IMG/VR virus record: IMGVR_UViG_3300033075_001674
Span: 32,001-96,000 of that record
Reading direction: 5' to 3' (one strand)
From: a virus
Taxonomy: Duplodnaviria; Caudoviricetes
DNA: 64,000 bases
The notes beneath the pieces were generated by a model. It saw only the letters and a list, made by a program, of their open reading frames with translations. It was not told the origin of the DNA and did not search any database. Positions 31,060 to 41,146 of the stretch are shown piece by piece (position 1 is the stretch's first letter; each line of letters starts with the position of its first letter). A program made the position numbers and the translations under genes.

Positions 31060-31403
31060 TTCGCGTCCTCCAGGAAGTCGTTGATGCTCGGAACGTTCAC
31101 ACCCCCTGGAGACGCCTTCTCCAGGGGGGAGGTGAAGACAGGAGGGGCAGCGGGGGTTTCCGTAGCGGGCGTCTCCGCAGGGGTGGTGGCGCCGACCATC
31201 TTGCAGACTTCGATCTCCACGAGGCGCACCAGCTTCGCGTGCAGCTCCCTGATCTCCGGCGTGATGGGCACCTTCCTTGGCACCCCGGGGATGACGACCT
31301 CCATCCCCTCGTAGAAGTGAACCGTTGCGGTGAGGGAGAGCCCCTCGAACGTCACGTTCGACGCTGCCGCCACGGTAGCCTTGCCCAGCAGTGCTTCAAT
31401 CAT
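31056..31403 (-). CDS. hypothetical protein
   Basis: Coupled to both neighbours; SD GAGGAG. Confidence 0.65.
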   Translation of the reverse strand: MIEALLGKATVAAASNVTFEGLSLTATVHFYEGMEVVIPGVPRKVPITPEIRELHAKLVRLVEIEVCKMVGATTPAETPATETPAAPPVFTSPLEKASPGGVNVPSINDFLEDAK

Positions 31404-31848
31404 GCGGTCTCCTCGTTGGCAGACCGTAGCGCTCGATGCGGGTGAACGAGGTGCTACGGGTAGTCAGAGTCTTCGCATCCTCCTCGGAGATCAAGTCTTC
31501 GCGCACCGCCTTGCGCAAAGCCTCGGAAGAAAGCGTGGGTTCCAGGTCCACCGAGCCACCGAGCTCGATGATCCGGTCGGGCCCCGCCTCCTCCATGAGC
31601 TTGCGGAGGGCCGGAGGGTTGATGCGCTGTGAGGAGGAGGTCTTCTGGAAGGGGCCGAGCGACTTGTCTCCGCGCCTCGCGTGGGTCTCCAGCGCATCCA
31701 GGGACTCTTTGAGTTCCTTGATCATGTCCTCCATGTGCTCCACGAGATCTGGGTTCATGGCGCAGAAGCGCTCCCAGGCCCTCTGCGCGGACTCGTAGCG
31801 TTCGAGGGCAGCTTGCTCTTCTTCGGTGTAGGGTTTGTTGTCTTCCAT
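31396..31848 (-). CDS. hypothetical protein
   Basis: Start re-called at MEDNKP (GGAGG SD, TGATG overlap). Confidence 0.7.
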   Translation of the reverse strand: MEDNKPYTEEEQAALERYESAQRAWERFCAMNPDLVEHMEDMIKELKESLDALETHARRGDKSLGPFQKTSSSQRINPPALRKLMEEAGPDRIIELGGSVDLEPTLSSEALRKAVREDLISEEDAKTLTTRSTSFTRIERYGLPTRRPHD

Positions 31849-32642
31849 CACGCCTCCCGTGAGATCTTCTCTCGAAGTTTCCACATGCTCAGCGCCCGCT
31901 GCAGGCAGCGGACCAGGACCATCTTCTCGCGATCGATATCCTCGCTGGCCCCGTAGGTCTGAACGTCTCGCATGCTGGGCCCCAGCAGCGCTCGGTACTC
32001 GACCACGTTGGGCTTCATGGGGTAGACCATCTGCCCCTTTGCCTTCCTGCCCCAGACCCCCTTGGGGGTGAGAGCGGGGACCTTGGTCATCCCGAGGATG
32101 GGGACCGGATACATCTTCCCCGGGGAGAGGTCTGCTGCACGAGGGTTGAGCGCCCGGAGGGCCCCCGTGCCGAGCGCGATGATCAAGAACGGATCGCGCA
32201 GGTACACCTCCTCGTGCAGGCGCTCCCTGCACGCATCGGTGGAGATCTTCTGGGGCTCCACGTCGCGCACTCGCTGCACGCCGTACTTGTCGAGCAAGGG
32301 GGCCTGGTTGGCCCCCAGGATGAGGGCACAACATCGACACGCCAGCGAGTGGGTGATGGCGTAGGGGATCTCCTTGTTTTCGGCCATCACGTTGTGGATC
32401 GGCTTGTACTTGCTGTGCGTACCGGGGGTCCCGGTGGCTTCCTCGCTCTCGCCCGCAGGCTCCACCACGAACAGGAGGCCTGGCGTAGGGACCACCTGCC
32501 CCAGAGCGATGCGCGGGGGGCTGAGCATGCGGCGCACATCCACGATGGTCCGCGCGTTACGAAGCGTGCCGAGGTGACATCGCGTGCATCCGTCCCACTT
32601 CAGCTCAAACTTGCGGGACAGCGTTGAGGGGTCGGTTGTCAA
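31848..32642 (-). CDS. family-4 uracil-DNA glycosylase-like protein (degenerate motifs)
   Basis: CTRCHL, LLFVVEPAGESE, C..RL.EE...DP.LIIALG..AL. Confidence 0.7.
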   Translation of the reverse strand: MTTDPSTLSRKFELKWDGCTRCHLGTLRNARTIVDVRRMLSPPRIALGQVVPTPGLLFVVEPAGESEEATGTPGTHSKYKPIHNVMAENKEIPYAITHSLACRCCALILGANQAPLLDKYGVQRVRDVEPQKISTDACRERLHEEVYLRDPFLIIALGTGALRALNPRAADLSPGKMYPVPILGMTKVPALTPKGVWGRKAKGQMVYPMKPNVVEYRALLGPSMRDVQTYGASEDIDREKMVLVRCLQRALSMWKLREKISREA

Positions 32643-34023
32643 ACGGTTGTTCTCCTCCGGCCTCTTCAGGCCAGTGCTTGAGTAGACGTTGTACGTCGAC
32701 GCACTTCCGCTCCAGCAGCGGGTGTGCGTCGCGCAGGATGAATACCCGGGGCCGCTTCCCGGGCAGGAAGCGGCAGGGCCTGCCGAGGATCTGCTGGAGC
32801 GTGTCGGGATCGCTCACGGGCTCCAGCAGCAACACGGTGTCGAGCTCCTCATCGTCGTACCCTTCGCGCCCGTAGGAGCGATAGGCAAACGTGAGGCGGG
32901 AGCGCCGCCTCTGCAACTCCCGGGGCACCTCCGCGGACAAGATGCCGATCTCGGGGGAGGCGTCCAGGGCCCGTCGAAACATCCAGGGACGGTTGTCGAC
33001 GGTGACCTCGGCCTCGATCCCGGAGTAGGCCAGCGCGAGATGTGCGAGAGAGGTCAGGCTGGCGGAGAGCACGAGGATCTTTTTGTTCGGCTGCGAAAGC
33101 ACCCATCGAAGCAGGCGCACGCACCCCGCCTTCCTCTCCGGGAGAGACCCTACCCTGCCGGCCAGCTCGGCCCAGGTTTTCTCCGCGTTGTCTCCTGGTT
33201 GTGGGCGTTCCCAGATGACGGTCTGCCCGGTCTTCAGGAAGGTTACCCGGGGTCGTAGGGGGGCCTGCAGGTTCCGGTGCAGGATGGGGCCCAGGTGGTA
33301 CTTGCGCAGGATGTCCAGTCCATCCCTGCGCTCGGGTGTGGCCGTCAGCGCGATTCGCTTCCCGGAGAAAGCCTCGGCGCAGGCCGTGTAGGTTGCGGCG
33401 TGTACGTGGTGTGCCTCGTCGAACACCACCTGCCCGAAGCGCCCCTCACAGGGGGTGACTCGACCCGCACGGGCCGCCGATGCCAGGGCAGTGTACGTAG
33501 ACAGCACGAAGGGCGCAGTCTCCAGGAGGCCGCTCTTCGAGGTCAGCAGCGGGATCTTGCCCGAGAGCCCCAGGAATCGTACAGCGGACTCCCACCACTG
33601 ATGCAGCAGGTCCAGGTTGTCGGCGACCACGATGGCGGGGCGCTGCGAAGCGGCGATGGCGTGCAGAGCCACCACCGTTTTCCCGGCCCCGCAGTAGAGT
33701 TGCAGAACACCGCCGAGGTTGGCGGCAGCCAGCGCTTGCGCTGCGGGGACCTGGACCGGCTTCTCGGGGTTGCGCAAGTCGAGCTGGATGTTGCAGCTGA
33801 ACCGGGCGACCTCACCTGTGAAACGGCGATCGTCGGTGATCTCCAGGTTCAGCTGCTTCGGGAGGAAGAGCATCGCCCTCGGAACCAGTAGATACCCGTC
33901 TGCTTCGTGGAAGAGGGGACCCCCCGCCCCTCCATCTTGCAGCGACGACTTCAGGACGCGAAGCGCTGCAGGATCGATGGAGGAGAGGGGGAGCCACAGA
34001 TGGCGGCGGAGGTAAGCGGTCAT
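32605..34023 (-). CDS. superfamily 2 DEAH helicase (XPB/UvsW-like)
   Basis: CGAGKT, DEAH, TATPERRDG, EGYD and QILGR motifs; start at 34023 or 34032. Confidence 0.87.
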   Translation of the reverse strand: MTAYLRRHLWLPLSSIDPAALRVLKSSLQDGGAGGPLFHEADGYLLVPRAMLFLPKQLNLEITDDRRFTGEVARFSCNIQLDLRNPEKPVQVPAAQALAAANLGGVLQLYCGAGKTVVALHAIAASQRPAIVVADNLDLLHQWWESAVRFLGLSGKIPLLTSKSGLLETAPFVLSTYTALASAARAGRVTPCEGRFGQVVFDEAHHVHAATYTACAEAFSGKRIALTATPERRDGLDILRKYHLGPILHRNLQAPLRPRVTFLKTGQTVIWERPQPGDNAEKTWAELAGRVGSLPERKAGCVRLLRWVLSQPNKKILVLSASLTSLAHLALAYSGIEAEVTVDNRPWMFRRALDASPEIGILSAEVPRELQRRRSRLTFAYRSYGREGYDDEELDTVLLLEPVSDPDTLQQILGRPCRFLPGKRPRVFILRDAHPLLERKCVDVQRLLKHWPEEAGGEQPFDNRPLNAVPQV

Positions 34024-34570
34024 CCTCGTCATCGTCGTTCAACCACGGGACGTTCGCCACGAAGGAGGCGCCCTGCAGCATCGCGCCCACGATGCCTGCT
34101 CGAGCGACCTCGGCGGCGAAGCGCCTGGTTTTCGAGTGCCGGCGATGCTCCTGCGCCGGCAAGCGTGAGGCCACCTGCGGCGCAACTGCGTCGTAGGTCA
34201 CCGGCGACATAGCCCCGGTGGGCACGACCCCTGCTGCGGCTGCGCCCATCGCTGCGGCCTTGTTCGCCTTGACGGGGGCAGCGGTCCGGTCAGGGGGAGG
34301 GGAGGAATCCCCCGGGAGGCTGTACGGGCTCCCGCTCTGCTGTGTCGGCGCGGGGTTGTTGGTCTTCCGGACGATGTAGGCCGCTGGCAGGGTCTTGCTG
34401 AAGTTGGACGCCTTGACCCCCAGGCAGGCCGCGCGCATGTCGCAGGGGTTGGTCCGGGTCCCCGACGCGGTGATGCCGCCTCCGACGCACATCGTCTTCG
34501 CGGCAGAGTATGTGCCGAAGCAGGGGTACTTCTGCTCCACGTCGGTGCTGTTGGTGTAGAGCTGGGCCAT
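34013..34570 (-). CDS. hypothetical protein with Cys-rich N-terminus
   Basis: SD GAAAGGA. Ends ...WLNDDDEDDR-TTA (34015-34013); standard-code end 33812 would overlap the helicase gene by more than 200 nt. Confidence 0.65.
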
Positions 34571-34608
34571 TCGTTCCTTTCGGGAGGGGTTGTTGGTACT
34601 CTCTGGGC

Positions 34609-35193
34609 ATGAAGCTCCTCGACGGAACCGTGATCGACGTGCAGGACGACTCTCGCGGAGAGGTGTTGCGGGGCGTCTTTCCAGAGCAGGCCCTTATTCC
34701 CGATTCGATCAAAGTTGCGATGCCCCTGAAGCGCCTTTCGGACATGGAAGACGCTCACTTCGCGCTCGTTTTCGACAACGAAGGGCAGCATCACCGCAAG
34801 TTCGCCTGCATCGACGAGGGCCACACGGTCCTGAGCGCCATCTACTTCATGAAGACGGCGCACCGTCTTCCACGCGAGGCCCAGAAGATGGCCGCGCAAG
34901 GGATCGTGGAGTCCTGCGAGCGGTATGACCTGCCCTACCCCGCCGTCATGGTGAAGATCGCGAACGACGAGGCTTACCTGGCGGGGGACGTCCGGGGGGT
35001 AGCGGTCCTGCCCACGGAGAAGGCCGCCGGGCTCCTGGGCACCCTGGCCAGCGTGGGGCAGAAGGGGCTGGACTGGGCGGTCAGCAACCCCGGCAAGGCG
35101 CTCGGAACCGCGATGACGGGGCTGTCGGTGGTCAACACCGGCTCCGAGATCAAGAACAACCTCAAGAACCTCTCTTCCACGGTGGGCGGCTTA
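34609..35193 (+). CDS. putative head-associated protein (DUF6582-like domain)
   Basis: DAHFALV...RKFACID...SAIYF and several KxA motifs. Ends at TTA 35191-35193, one base before the next ATG; standard-code end is 35298. Confidence 0.65.
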
Positions 35194-35194
35194 G

Positions 35195-37399
35195 ATGAAA
35201 CTCAGGGACTTGGCAGAGAAGAGTGCTGCCCGGAGGATCGACAAGATCGTCCTCCAAGGACGACGGGCTGCACCCGCTGTGATGGAGGAGCTGGCTAACC
35301 GAGCCCGAGGTATCTTGCCCAAGGGGGTGAGAGCTCAGCTGCGGCATCGGCCGGGGCGTCTGCCCGAGCAGGAGGGGGTCTCCGATCTGAAAAGGCTCCT
35401 GGATAGGAAAGTTCAGGTAGGCCCTCTGCGGGATCAGCTGGACTTCGAGATCTCCAGGAGGCACGAGCTCAACGGGGACCCCTTCACTGACATCAGTAAG
35501 TTGGGTCCCGCCACGACCGGAGAGGAGCTGAAAGATCTCTTCGATCGCACTGGGAGCGTTCAAGCGGTCAGAGCTGCAATCACTCACCCTAACGCCCCTC
35601 CCGAGCTCCACGCCTGGGGACAGAACGTCTACCCGGAGTTCAGCAACGTCCCTGCCCATGCTTCAGGGGGGTTGCCTGGTGCCGTGGAGCCGTACGTCGA
35701 GATGTCCAAGCTCATGAACCCGCTTGCTTTCGAGCCCGGCGCGAACCGTCCTGCACGTGGGCCCGCCGCGCCGAATCCTGTTCAGCACACCAAAAACTGG
35801 GCGGGGGTAGGCGAGATCTCCCTCGAAAACGCCTCCCCCAACCTACAAGCTCGTATTTTGGAGAAGGGTCTGCCTGCGCGAGGGACGCAGGCGGCGGAGG
35901 ATCTGGAGTTCGACCTGAAGTACCTGGCGAATGGGGGGCACACGGAAAAGGACGTACGCAGGCACCTGCTCCCAAAAAGCAAGCAGGAGATCATGCGAGA
36001 CAGGGCCATCGCCCGCAATGCCCTCCCTGAGTTTGCGGACGCCATGCACCCGCGTTCGGTGGCCGAAGCTCAAGCGGCACACCGAGCTGCGCTTGACGCA
36101 GAGTCGCGCGCCTTCCGTGCCGAGCTCCGCGAGGAGACTCCGCACTACAGCCAGTTCAAGGCAGACACCCTCGCGCAGAAGTTCAAACAGCACGAGAAGC
36201 AGCACGGCACAGTCTCCGCTCGCGACGCGTTCAAAGCACAGCTCGCTGAGCTGGAGGAAGAAGCGCGGACGGACCTCCTAGACGCTTCTCTGCTGGAGCG
36301 CATGCGCGCTAGCTCGCACCCCGAAGACATCCCCCCACCTGCCCCTGCTGCAGCTACCCCTCCGATCTCACCTGCGGAGTTCGCGCCTACACCCTCCCCT
36401 CCTCCCGCACCGGTCCTTGCCGGAGCCCCCACGATTCAACCCTCGCATGCCACCTCCTCCGCTGTATCCCCGGAGGGCCCGGGTATCGGCGCAGGCACGC
36501 TCGCTGCGGGTCTGGGCGGTGTGGCCCTTCTCGGTGGAGCTGGCGCGTACGCTGCTTCGCGCAAGAAGAAGGAGGACGAGAAGACCGCGGACCTGGGCGG
36601 CTCCCGCCCGATGGCGTACGGGGCGCTGCCCCAGCCGAAGAAGCCCCTCAGCCCACCCACTACCCCGGTGACGAAGCAAGCCATGACCCTCGACCTGACG
36701 AACAAGGAGGCTCCCTCCCTCCCGGGAGTGAAGCTCGCCGACACCCACTTCGCCCTCGGTACCCACTACCCCATCACCGCCCCCACGCAGGTGAAGATGG
36801 CGTGCGCGTACTTCGAGGAGCACGTCAACGCCTTCCCTCCGGAGCACCGCAGGGAGTTCGCCTACAACCTCTGCAAGCGCGCCTCCGAGCTCGGATTCCC
36901 TGAGTGGCTGGGGGAGAGCGCTCGCATCTACGGGGGAGAGCCCACCGAGGACCTGGACACCATCAAGCGCGCCTTCCACTCCCGACAGGAGTACCTGCCC
37001 TGGGACGACGACGAGAAGCGGGAGAGGGGGCTCGCTCTCCTCGACAAGCTGGAGCCCAAGCTCGCCTACATCACCCCCAGCCAGCGAGTCGACGCGCTGA
37101 CCACGTTCGACCGCGCCTTCGGGCTAGACCGGCTCTACAGCCAGGGGCACCTGGAGGACCCCCACCGGGCCTTGACGCAGAAGTGGGCGGAGGCACCCAC
37201 CTTCTCCGAGGTTGTCGACGGCCTGACCGTCCTGGAAGATGACCTGGTGCACCTCGCTACGAAGCGTCCGACCCTGAAGGAGCACTTCAGTGACGAGATC
37301 GTCGAGAAGATGCAGGTCAACCCCGTGGCCACCTTCAAGAGCCTCCCTGCCCCTTTGAAGGTCCTGATGGCGCGCTGCGCGAAGTCCATGACGGACTGA
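35195..37399 (+). CDS. putative head/internal virion protein
   Basis: 734 aa with a Gly/Ala hydrophobic segment, KxA motifs and a C-terminal domain similar to the 34609 protein. Confidence 0.65.
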   Translation: MKLRDLAEKSAARRIDKIVLQGRRAAPAVMEELANRARGILPKGVRAQLRHRPGRLPEQEGVSDLKRLLDRKVQVGPLRDQLDFEISRRHELNGDPFTDISKLGPATTGEELKDLFDRTGSVQAVRAAITHPNAPPELHAWGQNVYPEFSNVPAHASGGLPGAVEPYVEMSKLMNPLAFEPGANRPARGPAAPNPVQHTKNWAGVGEISLENASPNLQARILEKGLPARGTQAAEDLEFDLKYLANGGHTEKDVRRHLLPKSKQEIMRDRAIARNALPEFADAMHPRSVAEAQAAHRAALDAESRAFRAELREETPHYSQFKADTLAQKFKQHEKQHGTVSARDAFKAQLAELEEEARTDLLDASLLERMRASSHPEDIPPPAPAAATPPISPAEFAPTPSPPPAPVLAGAPTIQPSHATSSAVSPEGPGIGAGTLAAGLGGVALLGGAGAYAASRKKKEDEKTADLGGSRPMAYGALPQPKKPLSPPTTPVTKQAMTLDLTNKEAPSLPGVKLADTHFALGTHYPITAPTQVKMACAYFEEHVNAFPPEHRREFAYNLCKRASELGFPEWLGESARIYGGEPTEDLDTIKRAFHSRQEYLPWDDDEKRERGLALLDKLEPKLAYITPSQRVDALTTFDRAFGLDRLYSQGHLEDPHRALTQKWAEAPTFSEVVDGLTVLEDDLVHLATKRPTLKEHFSDEIVEKMQVNPVATFKSLPAPLKVLMARCAKSMTD

Positions 37400-37432
37400 C
37401 GTTCCCAGGGTCAGGGGTGGTAGGCTCAGCGC

Positions 37433-38230
37433 ATGCACCCCCTACCCTCCTTCGAGCAGGAGCTGAAAGACGTGGAGGAGTTCCTGGCGCTCCACGCCCC
37501 CAGCGACTCCGAGCTCCAGTCGATGGACGAGTCCACGGTGGTCGAGGTGGAGATCGACCCAGCCAACGTGGAGGAGCGGCAGCACCTGGTCAACCCGGTG
37601 CACGAGCCGAAGCTGACGAGGGAGACCCTGATCCAGCGCAGCGACGCCCACCCGCTGGTGCTGTCGCTGATGCTCTTCGATCGCTTCGAGGAGTCCTGGC
37701 TAACCTGGGACACCGAGGCGCTGATCGACGAGGTGAGCAGCCTCTACGGCACCCCCCACCCGGTGAACCTGGGGAAGCTCAGCGCCGCCCAGGCGGCCTA
37801 CACCAAGACCGCTGCCTGGGAGGAGTGGCACTACTTCCTCCTCACCCTCCAGGCGTTCAACGACGAGATGGTTGACCCCGACCACTACCGCCCGCCCACG
37901 GTGGAGGAGGTGGGGGTGGCGGTCGACATGCTCCGGCTGATCGACGACAAGTCCACCTACTCCCTGGAGGTGCAGACCTTCAACGTGAGCGTGCTGCGCT
38001 GGCACCAGTGGCTCTACCCGCCGGACAACCTGGAGAAGGCGGTCCCCCCGGGGACGGACCTGCACCCCTGCGATAGCAGGCGGGTGGAGCTGATGCGGAA
38101 GCACCCTGACATGATCGACGAATCCCTTGAGGGGTTCTTCGCGTCGCGCCTCCACGAGTACGACCTTCACATGCAAATGATGCGCAAACGTCTACAGCAG
38201 CAGCTGGCTGTCGTACGGAGGGCAGGATGA
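37433..38230 (+). CDS. hypothetical protein
   Basis: Strong GC third-position bias; TAGGCT 6 nt upstream of the ATG. Confidence 0.75.
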   Translation: MHPLPSFEQELKDVEEFLALHAPSDSELQSMDESTVVEVEIDPANVEERQHLVNPVHEPKLTRETLIQRSDAHPLVLSLMLFDRFEESWLTWDTEALIDEVSSLYGTPHPVNLGKLSAAQAAYTKTAAWEEWHYFLLTLQAFNDEMVDPDHYRPPTVEEVGVAVDMLRLIDDKSTYSLEVQTFNVSVLRWHQWLYPPDNLEKAVPPGTDLHPCDSRRVELMRKHPDMIDESLEGFFASRLHEYDLHMQMMRKRLQQQLAVVRRAG

Positions 38231-39195
38231 GCCTGATCGAAGCGAGATTCACTCCTGAGCAGCAGGAGAAGGTGGCGAGACTGCGAGAGGACCTTCGCAG
38301 CTGGGAGACCAAGGAGGCGGCCCCATTCACCGCTTCCCGGGTCTTGACCCCGGCGCTTGCGGGCGCAGGCCTTGGGGCGTTCCACGAGTTCGCCAACAAG
38401 ACCCTTGATGCCCGCGACCAGGGGGAGACCTGGGGGGACTCGCTGCGAAGCGGGGCCCGAGGCGCTCTACGCGGAGCTGGGGTAGGGGCTGCGGCTGGAG
38501 CTGCAGCAGGAGCTATCTCCCCGAACCTTGGGGAGAGGACGACCAACTTCGCCAAGGGCGTTCTCCACAACGTGACCGGGTGGAAGCCCAAGGGGGGCCT
38601 GGCGGCCCTCGGCACCGGGTCCTCCGTCGAGAAGAAGCGGCTGCAAAGCATGATCGCTGGCGGCGCTGACCCGGAGCACATCCTCAACCAGCAGAAGCAG
38701 CTCGCCGCTCTTCAGGCGGTCGAGGACAAGGGACTCACGAGCCTGCCCGGCATGGCGAAGGGCCTGCTCGACCCCCGCCGAACCTTCGACACCCTGCGCA
38801 CCAGCAAGAACTACATCACCCACGGGCTGGACGGCATGGGCAAGGCGTTCCTTGGCGGAGGTGTGGCTCTCTCCGTGCTGCCGGCCCTCACCGAGCCCGA
38901 CAAGACGCCCGAAGAGAGGGTGCGCATGGCGGCGAGACCGCTGGCCGGGATGCTCCTCACCTCCCCCCTGCAGGCCGCCACCAGCCAGGCTTCCGGCAAC
39001 CCGGGCCTCGGCTCGATGGTGGAGGGCATGCTCCACAACCAGTTCTCCAGTGCGCCAGGAAGGATCCTGTCCCGCCCGGTCGACCAGCTCATCGCGCCGA
39101 AGGAGCGGTGGCAGGAACCCCCTGGGATGCCACAGCGGATGTCGCGGTACTCCGCTTACGATGTCTCCCCGCACCACACCTCGGACAACACATGA
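38227..39195 (+). CDS. putative internal virion protein with glycine-zipper segments
   Basis: GAGVGAAAGAAAG; KVA/KEA motifs; ATGA overlaps at both ends. Confidence 0.65.
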   Translation: MSLIEARFTPEQQEKVARLREDLRSWETKEAAPFTASRVLTPALAGAGLGAFHEFANKTLDARDQGETWGDSLRSGARGALRGAGVGAAAGAAAGAISPNLGERTTNFAKGVLHNVTGWKPKGGLAALGTGSSVEKKRLQSMIAGGADPEHILNQQKQLAALQAVEDKGLTSLPGMAKGLLDPRRTFDTLRTSKNYITHGLDGMGKAFLGGGVALSVLPALTEPDKTPEERVRMAARPLAGMLLTSPLQAATSQASGNPGLGSMVEGMLHNQFSSAPGRILSRPVDQLIAPKERWQEPPGMPQRMSRYSAYDVSPHHTSDNT

Positions 39196-41117
39196 GCGAG
39201 CTATACTCGTCCTCCTACAGCAGGAGCCGCGGACGCATCCAGGGCGGTGCGTCGAACGCCATCTCCTACCCGCACCCGTGGTTCGACGTCGCCACGACGT
39301 ACATGCCGGCGAGCATTCAGTCGCTCTTCCGGCAGCTGCGGGAGTTCTTCCTGCTCAACGGGTTCTTCCACACCGTCGTAACGAAGCTGGCTCAGTATCC
39401 GCTGACCGACCTGATCTTCGACGACAAGGACAGGGACACCGCCCACAAGTGGGACGCCTTCTTCAAGGACACGCTGCGGTTCCGCTCGTTCCAGCTGGAG
39501 GTCGGGCTCGACTACTACGTCTACGGGAACGCGCTCGTCACACTCCGCTACCCGCTGGTGAAGTGGCTCCGCTGCACGGAGTGCAAGTCCGAGAGGGCCG
39601 CCCACACCTGCAGGAGCCACTGGGTCTACCGGGGCTACGAGTTCCACTACACCTGTGACAAGTGCGCGCACGACGATCCAGCGGAGGTACGCGACGAGTC
39701 GGTGCGCATCCCTGAGCAGGTGCGCCTCCTTCGGCTGGACCCCGAGCTCGTGCAGATCCGGTACAACCCTCTGACGCGAGAGCGTACCTACTACATGAGC
39801 ATCCACGGGCAGCTTCGGTCTGACGTGATGATGGGGCGCAAGGATGTCGTGGAGAACCTCCCACAGGTCTACCTCGACGCCTGCAAGCGAAACGAGATGG
39901 TGGTGATCCCCGCCGCCGAGGTGTTCCACATGGCCCGCCCCACGGTAAGCGGGTTCGACCCGGGGTGGGGGTGCCCCCTGCTGCTGCCGGTCCTCAAGGA
40001 GGCATTTCAGCTGCAGGTGATGCGCAAGGCGCAGGAGACTGTGCTCCTGGAGCACCTGGTGCCGCTTCGCGTGCTCTACCCGCAGCCTGCCAGCAGCACG
40101 AGCGACCCCTTCGCCACGGTCCCCCTCCCCCTCTGGAAGGAGCACATGGCGAAGGAGATCGCTCGGTGGAGGTGGGACCCAGCCTACATCCCGATCCTCC
40201 CGCTCCCTGTGGGCCAGCAGGCCGTAGGGGGCGACGGCAAGGCCCTCATGGTTCAGCCAGAGATGCAGGCCCTGATCGAGCACATCGTGGTCTGCCTCGG
40301 GGTCCCGAAGGAGTTCATCTTCGGGGGGGCCAGCTGGAGCGGGAGCAACGTCTCTCTCCGCACCGTCGAGAACATGTTCCTCGACTACATCGAGATGCAG
40401 CTCGACCTGGTGAAGTTCATCCAACGCAAGGTGCAGCCCATCGCCGAGTGGCCCCAGAGCCCCGCCAAGTTCAAGCCCTTCCGTATGGCGGACGACATCC
40501 TGCGCAAGCAGTGGCTCACCGGCCTTGTTCAGGCGGGTTATCTGTCCCAGACCTCCTTGCTTGAGGAAGCGGACTTCGACGCCCACCGGGAGGCTCAACG
40601 CCGCAAGGACGAGACCAAGCAGCAGATGGAGGCCACGAAGACTCAGCAACTGGCTCAAGCAAAGATGCAGCAGGAAGTCCAGCGCATCAACACCGAGACC
40701 CAGATCGAGCAGATGCAGGCTCAGCAGCGCGCCCAGAACCAGCTGCAGCAAGAGCAGATGGCTCAACAGCAACAGCAGCAGGAACAGGCATCCCAGCAGC
40801 AGAACGAGATGGCTCAGCAGCAACAAGCCGCTGCTGAGAAGAGCATGGCCCCGACCTTCGAGCAGATCGTCGGGTCCAAGCTCAACGGGGGTCAGCTGCC
40901 TGGCGCAGACATCGCCACGATGGCGAGCCTTCTGGCCGAGCAGATTGCTGCCTTGCCCCAGCACATGCAGCCATCTGCCCTGGCGAACCTGGGCCAGACC
41001 GGTGGCCCGGAGCTGCAGCAAGAGGTGCAGAGGCGCGTGGGTGGAGCAGTGGCCAACGGAATCAACGTCGGCAAACCCGACCCAGAGCAGCGTCCTCCTC
41101 GTAGACCCCAGAGCTAA
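39192..41117 (+). CDS. portal protein
   Basis: V.KLAQYP, GLDYYVYGNALV, VFHMARP...GWG.P, LGVPKEFIFGG; CxxC...CxxC insertion and Gln-rich tail. Start at 39192 via ATGA overlap. Confidence 0.8.
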   Translation: MSELYSSSYSRSRGRIQGGASNAISYPHPWFDVATTYMPASIQSLFRQLREFFLLNGFFHTVVTKLAQYPLTDLIFDDKDRDTAHKWDAFFKDTLRFRSFQLEVGLDYYVYGNALVTLRYPLVKWLRCTECKSERAAHTCRSHWVYRGYEFHYTCDKCAHDDPAEVRDESVRIPEQVRLLRLDPELVQIRYNPLTRERTYYMSIHGQLRSDVMMGRKDVVENLPQVYLDACKRNEMVVIPAAEVFHMARPTVSGFDPGWGCPLLLPVLKEAFQLQVMRKAQETVLLEHLVPLRVLYPQPASSTSDPFATVPLPLWKEHMAKEIARWRWDPAYIPILPLPVGQQAVGGDGKALMVQPEMQALIEHIVVCLGVPKEFIFGGASWSGSNVSLRTVENMFLDYIEMQLDLVKFIQRKVQPIAEWPQSPAKFKPFRMADDILRKQWLTGLVQAGYLSQTSLLEEADFDAHREAQRRKDETKQQMEATKTQQLAQAKMQQEVQRINTETQIEQMQAQQRAQNQLQQEQMAQQQQQQEQASQQQNEMAQQQQAAAEKSMAPTFEQIVGSKLNGGQLPGADIATMASLLAEQIAALPQHMQPSALANLGQTGGPELQQEVQRRVGGAVANGINVGKPDPEQRPPRRPQS

Positions 41118-41119
41118 AG

Positions 41120-41146
41120 AAACGCCCCCCGAGGGGGGAGGGCGCT
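41120..41146. terminator. possible terminator hairpin between convergent genes
   Basis: C-run/G-run hairpin (CGCCCCCC GA GGGGGG) in the 29-nt gap. Confidence 0.35.
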
